Shown in pieces: positions 27,309 to 38,580 of a stretch of 64,000 nucleotides of DNA. Position numbers and translations under genes: made by a program. Within the stretch, counting starts at the first letter, position 1, and every line of letters begins with the position of its first letter. The notes beneath the pieces were generated by a model. The model made no database searches. It saw nothing but the letters and a program-made list of their open reading frames with translations, and was not told the origin of the DNA. Source of the DNA: Iphione sp. A-MEVVRFRX5 (taxonomy: Eukaryota); NCBI GenBank assembly GCA_976226885.1, contig OZ320319.1, forward strand, positions 45,818,001 through 45,882,000. Direction: 5' to 3'.

Positions 27309-27453
27309 AGAATACATGGACACTCTGAATGTATAAACGGCCGGACGAGGTCACCCTGGCAGCGGAGCCGAACGAGCCCGCAGGGCGAGTTCGGCGTAGC
27401 TGCCAGGGTGACCGAGGTCGGCCGTTTATACATTCAGAGTGTCCATGTATTCT
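27309..27453. repeat. 145-bp nested imperfect palindrome at the Crypton 3' end
   Basis: Perfect stems of 35 bp (27309-43/27419-53), 15 bp, 7 bp and 4 bp separated by short internal loops; GCA loop. Confidence 0.97.
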
Positions 27454-27848
27454 ATTTATTATTATGCCTATGCTGATACAGAGGAGAAAGAACTAACCTG
27501 ATTTTTCTGTAAGCAGTCTTCCTTGTCAGGTTTGTTTTGACCGCCATCTTGGATTCTTGGTACGGACGCCCTCTAACATCTCGTGTCGCGAGACTTGTAA
27601 TTTTTTTTGTAAAAAACGCTTAACTAATAACATTTCGAAGAGATACATTAACTTTTATTAAGTAGAAAATGTTTGACAACAATATCTATACGAATTATAC
27701 TTAATATTGGGAAAAAACCAACTGTTTCATTATCATTTCGAAAGTGCCCGTTGCGGGAGTCGTACGTGGGCCATACGTTGTGGCAGGTGTACTGCGCACT
27801 GAAAAGCTGTATGCACAGTTTGATTTTAACTGGAAAGAAGAACAATGT

Positions 27849-27977
27849 CTACATGTGTATATTAATGTTGATGGTGCTATTTTCGATCTTGTTGCCTGCT
27901 AGGAGGCCATCAAGCATCCTGCGTTGCATCTTTACTGCTGTGGATTGCTTGTCGTTGTTCCGAACCGCCACTGCTAC
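27849..27977 (-). CDS. Crypton YR exon 4 (C-terminus)
   Basis: ttcggcag acceptor, phase 0; VAVAVRNNDK...GLLAGNKIENSTININIHM*, a typical low-complexity Crypton tail. Confidence 0.7.
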   Translation of the reverse strand, partial: VAVAVRNNDKQSTAVKMQRRMLDGLLAGNKIENSTININIHM

Positions 27978-28102
27978 CTGCCGAAACAAGCGTGCGCCAT
28001 GCTTTACTGGGCGTGTATGTTTTTTACCCGGTACAAATTTATGGACGAAAATGGAATTACACATGACAAAAGGACATATTACAAGAATTGCGATGAACTT
28101 AC

Positions 28103-28171
28103 TGTTTCTGTTTGCGAAGAAGGCTGATCATCCAGTTCCAGTAGATCTCCGAGGTCGAAGTTGGCTTCCTC
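28103..28171 (-). CDS. Crypton YR exon 3
   Basis: acttacag acceptor, gtaagt donor, 69 bp, phase 0/0; EEANFDLGDLLELDDQPSSQTET; flanking introns 124 and 125 bp. Confidence 0.7.
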
Positions 28172-28295
28172 CTGTAAGTAGAGATTTTTTACATCGAGAT
28201 GAATGTAAGTGCGCAGTTGATAATTGAAATATACTCATGTTGAATGTGGTCATTTTTTTTACTTGCATACTGAATGTGATGAGAGCATTAGTTAC

Positions 28296-29066
28296 CTGTG
28301 TGACAGTTTCAGAGGGCCTTGATACTGTAGCGGTGGGCTGCCTTGTTGGTTCCTGCGGAGTGGGTAGCACACACACTTCTGTTGAAGGGGTTTCAGTGGT
28401 ATCGTTAGATAATATTTTGAACATCTCCCTCTGCTGGGCGTAACTTGCCGTCGCATAGTTGGACAGACTTGACAGTGATTTGTGGCCTGAGAGTTGGGCC
28501 ACGACTACAGGATCGATGTTAGCATGAAGCAGGCTAGTGCATGATGTTTTCCGAACACTATGGTTGGTTTTCTTCCCCTCTAAGCCGGCTTCTTCGGCCA
28601 TCGATCGCATGACTTTCCCGATTTCGTTGGCCCCCATTGGAAGGCGGCTGTACCATATGCTGCTTTCTGGTTTGCGTTTATGGTTAATTGTTAAAAAAAA
28701 GGGTGCCTCTGGGGTTAGTTCAGATGAAGGGCGGTGTTTCTCATACTCTCGTAAAAGATGAATCGGGCATCTCTCCGGGTGTGTCTTGTTCTCCCAAAGC
28801 TTTGGATGGAATGCACGTTCATGGTTACTGTCACCCTGGCGTGTCTTTGTTAATCGCTCATTAAACTCAGCATATGTTTCACCCGTTGAATCTTTCTTAA
28901 TGGCGATATCCCCCCATCTGAGCTGCCGACTCTCCTGTCGGCCTCTGAAGCCTAAGCACTTCGTCAGCGTATACCAAAGAGCGTTTCGGAGGCCTCTGGG
29001 GGTTTTCGCAGTCATAATCTCTTTCTCCCACAAGATGTTTTCTTCCTCTTGGGTTAACGCCTCGGA
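28296..29066 (-). CDS. Crypton YR exon 2 (catalytic domain)
   Basis: tttaatag acceptor, CAG|gtaact donor; catalytic set R (GFRG), K (TKTRQG), H-x-x-R (NHSVRK), H (GHKS) and Y (SNY) intact. Confidence 0.92.
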
Positions 29067-29234
29067 CTATTAAAAATACAGAAAACGAACAACAAATGTA
29101 ATATTTCGCGGAGGCATTCACTGCTGCACCCATATGCACGACGTTAAACCCGTTACGTCTTACAGTTTGTTTACATTTGAGACCATCCAATGAACGCAAC
29201 CTTTCAATGAATGAATGGATGTCAAGACACGTAC

Positions 29235-29792
29235 CTTGTTGGGCTTGTTGCCTAGACCTTGCCCTTTCAGTTGCTTTCTGCGGGATTCCAGAACCTTTCT
29301 GCTTGTGGAAAAGGCAGGGTCAGTGATTATTGATGTACCATAGTTCTTGTTTTCCAGATAGCGTTTAACACTTCCGAACATAGACGTCAGCGATGTAGGC
29401 TCATAGTCGGTTCCGTCGGCTTTCTTTACATTGAGTAGAAAACGGCCGAGGTGGATGTCTAAATCTTTCGGAGGGATTTCCTCGATGCTTCTGCCTTCAC
29501 CGACCTCACGCAAGAATTCGTTGAGCTTGGTTATGTCTCTCCGCGTTTTCTTCACTGTCTCTGGGTTGCGGTTCAGCTCTATGTACGATCGTAGTTGTGC
29601 TGCATTTTCCTCAAAGTCGGCCAGACTCTCATCGAATTCTTCAACTAATGGCTCCTTGAAATGGACTGCTTTTCTCTTTGGAGGTGGTTCATCATTCTCA
29701 GCACCTGGGGCCTCAAACACGATTTCGGGGGGGTTAGTCTGGAGCCAATCCCCGAGAGACATATTGAGGGCTTCGATATCACGTTCCGCCAT
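29235..29792 (-). CDS. Crypton YR exon 1 (N-terminal domain)
   Basis: ATG at 29792 to AAG|gtacgt donor; contains KKADGTDYEPTSL...LKGQGLGNKPNK and joins SEALTQEEENILWEKE in frame. Confidence 0.9.
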
Positions 29793-30531
29793 TATTAGTG
29801 TCGTCTGCTGTGATAATGTTACTGCGATACGCTAGGGGCGCCACTGTGGATACGTCAGGGCGCCACTGTGGATACGTCCGTACACTCTGATACGCGCACT
29901 GTGTGCAGTACAAAGATATGTACTGATAAGCCATCAGCGGTTAGTATTTCTCCTCTGTATCAGCATAGGCATATAATAAAGAATGAGACAGACCTACAAG
30001 GTTGGGATGGAAGGTTGGACGGTCAGAGAGCAGCACTCCTAAGGTCCCCGATCCTTCTTGGCGGTGGGGGACAAAATATGGAGCTTCTCCCACCATGGCC
30101 TTTTTAGTCTCTCTTCAATACAGTGGGGATGCACACTGGCCATATCCAACTGTGCTCAAGACCCAACCCTCTATGCCGGGGACACTGGCATGCCCGATTC
30201 AACTCAAGCCCCTTCTCCAATGCCCCTGAGTGGGGCCCTGAACTGTGACATCACAGGTCCATAGAGCCGTAAGCAATGTCGCTGATGTCATGAATTTTGC
30301 ACGAGACTGTTCAAAATACAAGGCGATATAGAAACATCGTTACAAGCATTATGAACTTGGTACTGACTGACAAGGCTGACAAAGCTGTTGCTATAATTAG
30401 CATGATTTATGTGGTCGTTATGAACAAATAAAGCATAGCACGTCCAAGTTGGGAGCTTATAATATACACTTGCGAGAGGTGTGTATATATACAAATGTCC
30501 AAAGGTATCTAACCCGTTAGTATTGCCATAC

Positions 30532-30635
30532 TGCCGAGTATTCTGTGATGATACTGGATTCATCCAAAACAACGTAGAACCAACAGGTCGTCTCAGAGCC
30601 GATCGCAGTACGCCCAGCCTTACCACAGCCGCCAT
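30532..30635 (-). CDS. BPHL: BPHL-like hydrolase exon 1 (mitochondrial-presequence-like)
   Basis: aaaATGGCGG start; Arg/Ser/Leu-rich with no acidic residues; phase-2 donor at 30531 (an equally phased alternative donor would end the exon at 30514). Confidence 0.8.
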
Positions 30636-30989
30636 TTTCTACACCGTGCCATGGGTCACGGTCTCCGCTTGGTGCTCAAGGGACAGGGGAGATGCTGTAT
30701 CGGTGTGTCTTGACCTGCCCCTCCATCTGGTGGAAAACTGTAGAACTACGTGTGTCAAGGCAAAGATCGTACACATACAAGATGCGCAAGATGAGCTCAG
30801 GCAGTTATGTTAGGCAGTTGTGATGGCATAGAAAAGAATAGTCGGATTAATATTCTACCATGCAGAAAATTCAGATTAAGTTTCTGAGGAGCAGGATGTG
30901 AATAACCTTATGGGCTCCAGACAATACGACTGATAGTGTGGTTAGTCACGTTAGCCAGGTCAGTATGACGCTGGCAGATCTCAACAGTG

Positions 30990-31149
30990 GATGTCCAAAT
31001 CCACAGCCCCCCCCCCCCCCTTCAGCCGAATCAGGTTCGGCTATAGGTGTGAGTCAGTGGACACTGAGGAGCATGGAGACTCCATGTAGAGTCAGCTTCT
31101 TCTTCCGCTTCCACTGCGCTGGTAGCTCGTTCCAGCGGACGACCCCCAG
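30990..31149 (-). mobile_element. 3' end of the CR1/L2-group LINE split by the Gypsy at 31150
   Basis: LGVVRWNELPAQW continues in frame from SSYANSLCY at 36302 onward; 3' boundary approximate. Confidence 0.75.
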
Positions 31150-31293
31150 TGTTGCATTCTCTTAAATGATGCTAGAGTTACTTAAGAGAAGAGTGATTGA
31201 GTTGAGCAGCTTTATTCCATCTTGGATATAGGGCAGAGAGAGAGTACACACAGAGTGATGACATCATCAGATCACGTATGTAAACATGTAACA
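31150..31293 (-). repeat. 3' LTR (144 bp)
   Basis: TGTT...AACA; matches 36057-36181; purine tract AAGAGGGAGGA adjacent on the minus strand. Confidence 0.93.
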
Positions 31294-31641
31294 TCCTCCC
31301 TCTTAAGGAGATGAGGATCTATAGCTTTGAGGACTATTATAAATCAAAACATGTTTCGTAATTCAAATGTCAAGCTTTAAGATCTTTAAAGTTCATGTTG
31401 TCTTCTCATAGTCTTAGCCATTCATAGGCTCAAGTCCTTAGCCTGCGGGTAATCAGTGTATAAGTTGCTTAAGTAAGAAAACTAATAATATAACTGACTT
31501 TTACGTAAGGATATATGATTAAGTTTGCTTATCACTATAAGAACTAAAATTGGGGTCTGGTAGACTGCCAGATCACCCAAGGCACGTTGGCACAGGGATT
31601 ATTCTGCCCTTATGTGCCAAGTGTCAATGAGGCATCTTCGC

Positions 31642-34600
31642 TCACTGGTAGTACCGGAACGGCATTTTTATGGCTCGGCCTGATCGGGTGGTCGTGGGGC
31701 GTGGCGTAGTCTTCTTTGGCTGAGGCGGTGGTTTCGTCGGTGTTGAGCTCTTCTCAGCTGAGCTTGCCGATGAGAGTTGCTCCTTGGATTCCAGAGTGGC
31801 TGCTGGCAGGTCCTCTGTCACAGGAGATACACAGGCGTTGGTGTTGCCCTCTGTGCTCTCTTCATTTCTGGTGTTAGGCTCCTTTGTCTTTTTTAGGTGC
31901 TGTCCGTTCCTCCGAACAATACCAGATGGGGTCTCAACATGGTATGAACATTCATCCAAACGTTTGACTACAGTACCTTTCGTCCAGGTCTTTTCACCCA
32001 TCTTGAATGGCTGCAGGCGAACTGTGTCTCCATCACTTAGCACAGACAACTTGGTTGAGCCCTTGTTGGCAGAGCTTCCTTGCTTGGCTTGCCCTCGTTT
32101 GATTTCTCTCCTGGTGTGTTTCATGTCCACCAGCTCGGGCCTCAACAGAGCTGGGGCTGTTGGTAAGAGTGTCTTGGTACAACGGCTCATGAGACGTTGT
32201 GCCGGGCTTGAGAGCATACCTTGTGATGGGGTGTTGCGGTGGTCCAGAATTGCAAGGAATGGGTCGCTCCTCGTCTCCTTGCATTTTCTCATGATTTTTT
32301 TTGCGGTCTTTACTGCTGACTCTGCCTTGCCATTGGCCTTGCTGTTGTATGGACTACCGGTACTTGTGTGGTGAGTCATGTCATATTCCACACAGAAGTT
32401 CCTGAAACTCTCAGATGTAAACTGAGGTCCATTGTCTGAGATGATCGTATCTGGGATGCCGTATCTTGCAATATGGCTCTGTAGTTTGCGAATTACTGAC
32501 TTTGCATCGGTCTCAGGCAGGTGGTCAATCTCCCAGAAATTGCTCATGTAGTCGACTGTAACAAGGTATTCTCAACCATTGTAGGTAAAGATGTCTGTAC
32601 CTATCTTGGCCCATGGTCTGTCTGGGACGTCGTGGCTCATGACAGGTTGGTTTGGGTTAGCAGTCTCAAAGGTCCTGCATACACTGCATCTGGAGATATA
32701 ATCGCGTATCTCCTGGGTCATATTTGGCCAGTAGATGTACTCTTTTGCTCTTCGCAAACAGCCATCAGTTCCCAAGTGGGAGGAATGTATCTTCTCCTTC
32801 AACGTCTGGCGCTCACTCTTTGGAATGACGATCCTCTCACCCCTAAAGACTAGTCCATCATGGACTGCCATTTCATCACTCATGGAGTAGTATGGGTGCA
32901 CAATTGGTGGGGCCTGTGCTTTCTCACTGGGCCATCCTTCCAGGATGACCTGCTCAAGGGCAGTCATTGTCGGATCGACCTCGGTTGCCTTCCGTATTGC
33001 CTCAATTCGGGATTCTGTCATGGCAACATACTTGGTTGCATTACATTCTCAAACTCTTCATGTCGTCCTTCCGTAGTCTGCCGATAAGCTCGAGATAGGG
33101 TGTCAGCCAGTAGCATCTCTTTACCGGGAGTATAGGAGACGGTCACCTCATACTGCTGCAGCCTCATCAGCATGCCTTGTAGGCGCTTTGGTGCATTTGC
33201 CAAAGACTTCTTCATGATGTTCTGCAGTGGTTTGTGATCTGACATCACACTGACAGAGCGGCCAAATATGTATTGGTGAAACTTCTCTGCACTCCACACT
33301 AATGCTTCTGTGTCTGTGAGGGCTCGGCTTGCAAATGCTATCGGCTGACCCTCCTGCAGAAGAGCTGCGCCCAGTCCAGTCTTGCTCGCATCACATTGGA
33401 TAGTGAGTTCCTTCTTGGGATCGTAATAACGGAGGACTGACGCCTCACTCACTAGCCTCTTCACTTGTCTCAGTGCCTTGTCTTGCACACCGGCCCAATT
33501 CCATGGGACATCTTTCCTTGTCAGTTGTCTGATCGGCTCCATGGCATCAGACAGTCTAGGTAGGAACCTTGCGAGGTAGTTAACGAATCCATTCAGGCAT
33601 TGTACGCCCTCCACATCGCTCGGTTGCTGCATCTGTTTCACAGCCTCCACTTTTGCAGGGTCTGGCTTCAGGCCTTCGCTCGTGATCAGATGTCCCAGAA
33701 ATGTTACTGACTTCTGTCTTAACTTCATTTTCTCTGCATTGAGTTGTATACCGACATCCTGACATCTCTGCAACAGCTGTACAAGCTTGCGATCATGGTC
33801 CTTGCTGGCTTCCTCTTCTGTCTGGCCTTTACCGTAGACCATCAGATCATCAGCCACACATATCACACCCTCTAAATCCTGGATGCAGCTGTGTAGCTTC
33901 CTGGCAAAGATCTCTGATGATACGCTTGTCCTGAAAGGCAATCTCAACCATCGGTATCGGCCATGTGGGGTGGCAAAAGTAGTCAGGTATGATGACTCTT
34001 CGTCCAGCATCACATGCCAGTATCCGGACTTCAGGTCCATGGTGGAGATGATCTTTGCCTCGGACAACTCTGGGAGCACATCGTCCAATGTGCAGAGCAG
34101 GAAATGCTCCCTCTTCAGTGCCTTGTTCAAGGGTCGGGGATCAATGCAGATCCGCAGGTCACCGTTTTTCTTTGTTGCAACGACCATGGCACTCACCCAT
34201 TCTGTCGGCTCTTGCACAGGCTTGATCACCCCTTTCGTTGTCAGAGAGTCAAGTTCAGCCTTGATCCTGTGCCTTAATGCCACTGGCATGCACCTACATG
34301 GAGACACTGTAGGGGTCACAGTGGTGTCCACACGTAGCGTTGCAGTGTCAGGTAGATTCCCAATTGTGTCTTCAAAAACGTCTTCATATTTCTTCATAAT
34401 TGGGCAGCTCAGTCCAGCTTCAGGCTTTCTTTTCACTGCCGCAACCCTCTCAAAATTCTCCGTGTTCACTGAGATGAGGCCCATCTTCTGGCTTGCGGAC
34501 ACTCCGAGGACTGGCATGAGGTTGTCATCTTCCACCACCACAAATTTGACAGAGTGCTGGTCATTGCTCACAGGGTTAATGACCTCTAGGATGCACTCCC

Positions 34601-35725
34601 TGATCGGATGCTTCAGGCTCCTGTCCCACATCTCCAGTGTGCTTGTTGGAGTATCAAGCTTAGCCTTCTTGACATGCTTGAGTGGAATGAGGTTCACTGA
34701 TGCGCCAGAGTCTACTTGGAACTTGACTGGTTTTCCAGCCACTGTCATCTTTGCATAGATGAGTTTCTTTAGACGGCCCTTCACACTGTTGACCTCGCTC
34801 ACTCCATTTATTTTGTATTCATCACTGTCGGTTTCTTCAAAGTCTTCCTGATCTACGGCATTCACTTTCTTCTTGCTCTTCTTGCACACAACAGCAAAGT
34901 GGTTTCGTCCGCCGCAATCGTTGCACTGGCTCCCCCAGGCTGGACATGACTCCTTCTTGTACTCATGTTTCTGGCCACAGAACTTGCAGGTTCTGCTCTT
35001 CCGGCTCTTTGGTTTGTCCTTGTCTACCTTCCCTGATCCCTTCTCGTGCTTTGACTTTGGCTTTGGTTTCAACCTTGGCCTCACACCATGGACTTCATCT
35101 CCTCCCTTGGTGTTCATCTGTTTCATCTTCGCCCCTGCAGCTTCATTCGCTCGGCAGATGTCAATGCAGCGGTTTAGGGTAAGGTCCTGTATCTCCAGTA
35201 GCTTTTTTCGGGTCTCGTCATCTCAGAACCCATCACGAGTCGATCGCGTAGAAGTGTGTCGGTCAGGCAGTCACAAAAGTTACAACTTTTTCTCAGGTAG
35301 CGCAAAGCTGTGACGTAGGCATCGAAGTTCTCATCCGTGGCCTGCTGTCTTTCGTTGAACTTGTATCGTTCATATGTCTCGTTCAGTTGCCCGATGATAT
35401 GCTGATCAAACTTTGCTATTATCTGCAGTACCGTGCGATCGTCTTCATTGGCTTCGTCCTCGAATGCAAACCCGTTATACACACGCAATGCCTCGGGTCC
35501 GATTGAGTTCAAAAACATTGCGGTTTGATATTTTCTCTGTTGTGTGTCTAAATTGGAGATTATGGCATAGTTTCTCCACTGCTGTTTCCACAGGTTCCAA
35601 TTTTCGACTTTCCCAGCCTGTAAATCTAGGTGCCCTGGGGCCTTTATCCCGGGTATGAATTTGGCATGTGCCGCTTCAGCACCTCCCGCCTCGGCTCCCT
35701 CTCCTTGCTCCTGGTTCCCCGGCAT
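31642..35725 (-). pseudogene. gag-pol of the Mag-like element
   Basis: VDSGAS protease, VADD RT, RNase H with a deletion, integrase TDIF...SDNG...ESAV; frameshift near 35170 and in-frame TGA at 32572-32574. Confidence 0.92.
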
Positions 35726-36046
35726 GGCGACTTACTTACTCACTGACCGTGGTTTGTATTGTGACTAACGGGCACAACTGACTAACCAGTGCTGGATTGG
35801 TAAATACAGGTAAAACTTCTGTCTAGCTGTTTTAACAGGGCATAATAATCGTGGAACACTCTCTCAGGGTGGCAGTTACACAGTAGAGTTACTCTTCTTG
35901 GGATAGGAGCTGGGTTGAGCACATGGCATGGCTTCTGGCTTCAGGCCCTCTGCCACACAACAGCCTTTCCTCACTCTCTTAACAGAAGAAATAGAAAAAG
36001 CTTCCTACTCACAGTTTCTTCATGCCCTTCCCAGTCCTTTTACCTT

Positions 36047-36056
36047 GCTGCCACCA
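36047..36056 (-). promoter_or_regulatory. PBS (tRNA-Leu-like, 10 nt)
   Basis: TGGTGGCAGC directly after the 5' LTR. Confidence 0.75.
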
Positions 36057-36171
36057 TGTTGCATTCTCTTAAATGATGCTAGAGTTACTTAAGAGAAGAG
36101 TGATTGAGTTGAGCAGCTTTATTCCATCTTGGATATAGGGCAGAGAGAGAGTACACACAGAGTGATGACAT

Positions 36172-36303
36172 CATCAGATCATCAGCCACACATATCACAC
36201 CCTCTAAATCCTGGATGCAGCTGTGTAGCTTCCTGGCAAAGATCTCTGATGATACGCTTGTCCCGAAAGGCAATCTCAACCATCGGTATCGGCCATGTGG
36301 GGT
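36172..36303 (-). repeat. 132-bp copy of the internal RT segment 33840-33971 replacing the outer end of the 5' LTR
   Basis: One mismatch seen (36264 C vs 33932 T); 10-bp junction microhomology CATCAGATCA. Confidence 0.92.
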
Positions 36304-37470
36304 AGCACAGTGAGTTGGCATAACTAGAGGTCTTTGGTTTAGTTACGACCCCTCTCATATCCCGTCCATGGCACATCCTAGTCGCCTGATCCAGTGGGAT
36401 AAGACCCAATTTGATCTGTTTGTGGATGGCGCAGATAGCCTACCCTTCATCAGCACCAAGTTAGCCACCCTTGCCACGCCAAACTGTCTTTCCAGTCTCA
36501 CAGATGAGTGAAATTCCTTTCCTTGGAGGCATACCGAGCACACCTACTTAGGTGTACCTGTAGGTCCACTACTGCTGCACATGGTAGGGCACTCCAGAGG
36601 GCAGCATTGTATTGAGATACCACCAAGGACTTGAAGAGCAGCAGTCTAGCCCTGAAGGGCAGGAAGCTCTTTGTTCTGCCTACCTTCAGGGCCAAGCCCC
36701 ATGTCTGTCTCTTCACCTCCGGCAACTTTCGCGCATCTTAAGTCTTCCGTCCAGCTTATACCCCAACAGTGAAGTGGTGGCCTCATACTTCAATTGCACC
36801 CCATTAAGAGTCCGGTCAAGTGCTATCCCATGTGCCCTGCCTTGGGTACTATAGGCACACTTGGCCTCACTGAGGACCAAGTTTTCATTCTTACACCACT
36901 TGGATACGGCAGTCAGAGTCAGCATCGCCGTTTGTCACAACCGTAGCAAGTCACGAGCAAAGACCACTACAGACAAGTCGTCTGCATAGATAACCGCTCT
37001 GGTGTCAGCTGGTAGCACGTCCACTACTGTGTTAATGGCTAGATTGAATGCCACAGGGCCGAAAATTGACCCCACTGGCACCCCTTGTTGCAGTATCAGT
37101 TGGGTGGACGACACTCCATTGCAGCAGATGAACTGCCTCCGTTTGCTCAGGTATGACCATATCATCCTTCTAATGCGTGGACCGGCCCCCATGTCCATCA
37201 GTCTCCGGAGGACAGTGGCATGCGCGACCAAGTCAAACGCCTTCTTTACGTCGAATGTTTGGAGGCATGTATTCAGTCCCTTGTTGATAAGATCTTGCAC
37301 CGGTTGGTGAGGCTGACGATGGCTGTCTCCGTCCCTCGGCCTGCTCAGAAACCATGCTGACTGCTAGTTATGGCGCCTTGACCCTCCAGCCTCCGCAATA
37401 GTTCCTTTGTGAACCATCGTTACAAATCTTCCCCGGAATGGGTAGGATTGATACAGGTCGGAATTGTGAA
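36302..37470 (-). mobile_element. CR1/L2-group LINE RT remnant
   Basis: FDVKKAFDLVAH, QGVPVGSIFGP, IYADD; frameshifted; related to the LINE at 50700-52660. Confidence 0.85.
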
Positions 37471-37499
37471 TTTATTGTTTCATAGCCTATTTCTATGTA

Positions 37500-38150
37500 T
37501 AGTCATGAAGTGAACTGTTCTCAGTCTCTCATGGAGTAGCTGGCAGTGATGATGGACATGGTCCTATTGGGAATGTGAAGCTGATCTACTCTTACTTCCA
37601 CGTATCATGCCTACAGTGGAACATCCTAATTACGGACACCCTTGGTTCTGCTTCAAATTGTACGCATTTCAGAAGTGCCCTTATTACAGAACTAAGGGTT
37701 ATGTATGGAAATAGAGTAGGTTCTTGTCCAAATCATCTGCATTGTAGAAGCCTCCGCATCTGAGACGTGTCCATGAGGGGACATCACACTGTGTGTGTAT
37801 AGACCCAACAGGGAAGTCGTGGAAGATGAGACAATGATTTAGCACAAGGGCAGGGTGAGATTTAAACAGTATATGCCAGTTAAGGTGACCAAGTGGGGAC
37901 TGAAATGTTGGGGGTTAGCTGATAGCAAAAATGGCTCTCTGTTGCATTTAATACTCTTTTTTGGCAGGGAAGACCATGCTGAGGTGAACATCATTGAAAA
38001 TGTTATCCTGAAGTTGCTAAGGGGAGCTGACGTCTTTAAAAATACTGTACATCTGTATATGGACAATTGTTTCAGCTCTGTTCCTCTTTTTGATAAATTG
38101 AGAGACTTTGGTGTATTTCGCTGTGGCACTGTAAGGCCTATAGTAGGCCT
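37500..38150 (+). mobile_element. piggyBac (PGBD-like) transposase remnant
   Basis: EDETMI*HKGRVRFKQYMPVKVTKWGLKCW...LYMDNCFSSVPLF...CGTVR. Confidence 0.85.
37614..37791. mobile_element. Short Tc1/pogo-type MITE inside the piggyBac remnant
   Basis: TA-CAGTGGAAC...CACACTG ends; internal GGACAC/GTGTCC motifs. Confidence 0.55.
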
Positions 38151-38169
38151 AAGGACACCCTTCTACAAT

Positions 38170-38580
38170 GTAGGGATCACCAATCAAGAGGGAGAAAGAG
38201 GGAAAGAGTCAGAGGGAGGGAGGAATAGAGAAGGAGGGAGAGTGAGAAGGAGGAAGGGAGCGAGGCAGGGAGGGAGGAGAGAGAGACAGGAAGAGAGGGA
38301 GAGCAAGGGAGAGAGTGANNNNNNNNNNNNNNNNNNNNNNNNNNNNNNNNNNNNNNNNNNNNNNNNNNNNNNNNNNNNNNNNNNNNNNNNNNNNNNNNNN
38401 NNNNNNNNNNNNNNNNNNNNNNNNNNNNNNNNNNNNNNNNNNNNNNNNNNNNNNNNNNNNNNNNNNNNNNNNNNNNNNNNNNNNAGGAGAGAGTGAGAGG
38501 GAGAGAAATATGGAGAGAGAGAGAGGGAGAGAGGGCAGGAGGAAGGGAGAGGGATGGGAGCGAGGGAGAGGAGAGAGAGA
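38170..38580. repeat. GA-rich low-complexity tract containing an assembly gap (38319-38484)
   Basis: Direct inspection. Confidence 0.9.

Larger units (their letters stand above)
27309..29984 (-). mobile_element. Crypton (CryptonA/DUF3504-type) tyrosine-recombinase DNA transposon, apparently intact
   Basis: Spliced YR gene; AGAAT direct repeat at 27309-27313 and 29980-29984; 27-bp perfect subterminal inverted repeat (27463-27489 vs 29947-29973); no conventional TSD. Confidence 0.85.
31150..36181 (-). mobile_element. Mag-like Ty3/Gypsy LTR retrotransposon, defective
   Basis: 144-bp LTR at 31150-31293 with PPT at 31294-31304; truncated 5' LTR at 36057-36181; PBS at 36047-36056; gag with two Cys/His knuckles, then PR, RT, RH, IN. 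Confidence 0.95.

Noticed and set aside
27362-27367. GCGGAG inside the Crypton hairpin as a link between the two systems
   Set aside because: Single occurrence in GC-rich sequence; expected by chance
27673-28227. 184-aa plus-strand ORF in the Crypton
   Set aside because: Antisense to YR exons 3-4 and their introns; no recognisable features
28128-28295. Unspliced C-terminus of the 301-aa YR ORF in the track
   Set aside because: Better explained as intron 2 read-through; phase-0 GT-AG sites give a typical Crypton tail ending at 27849
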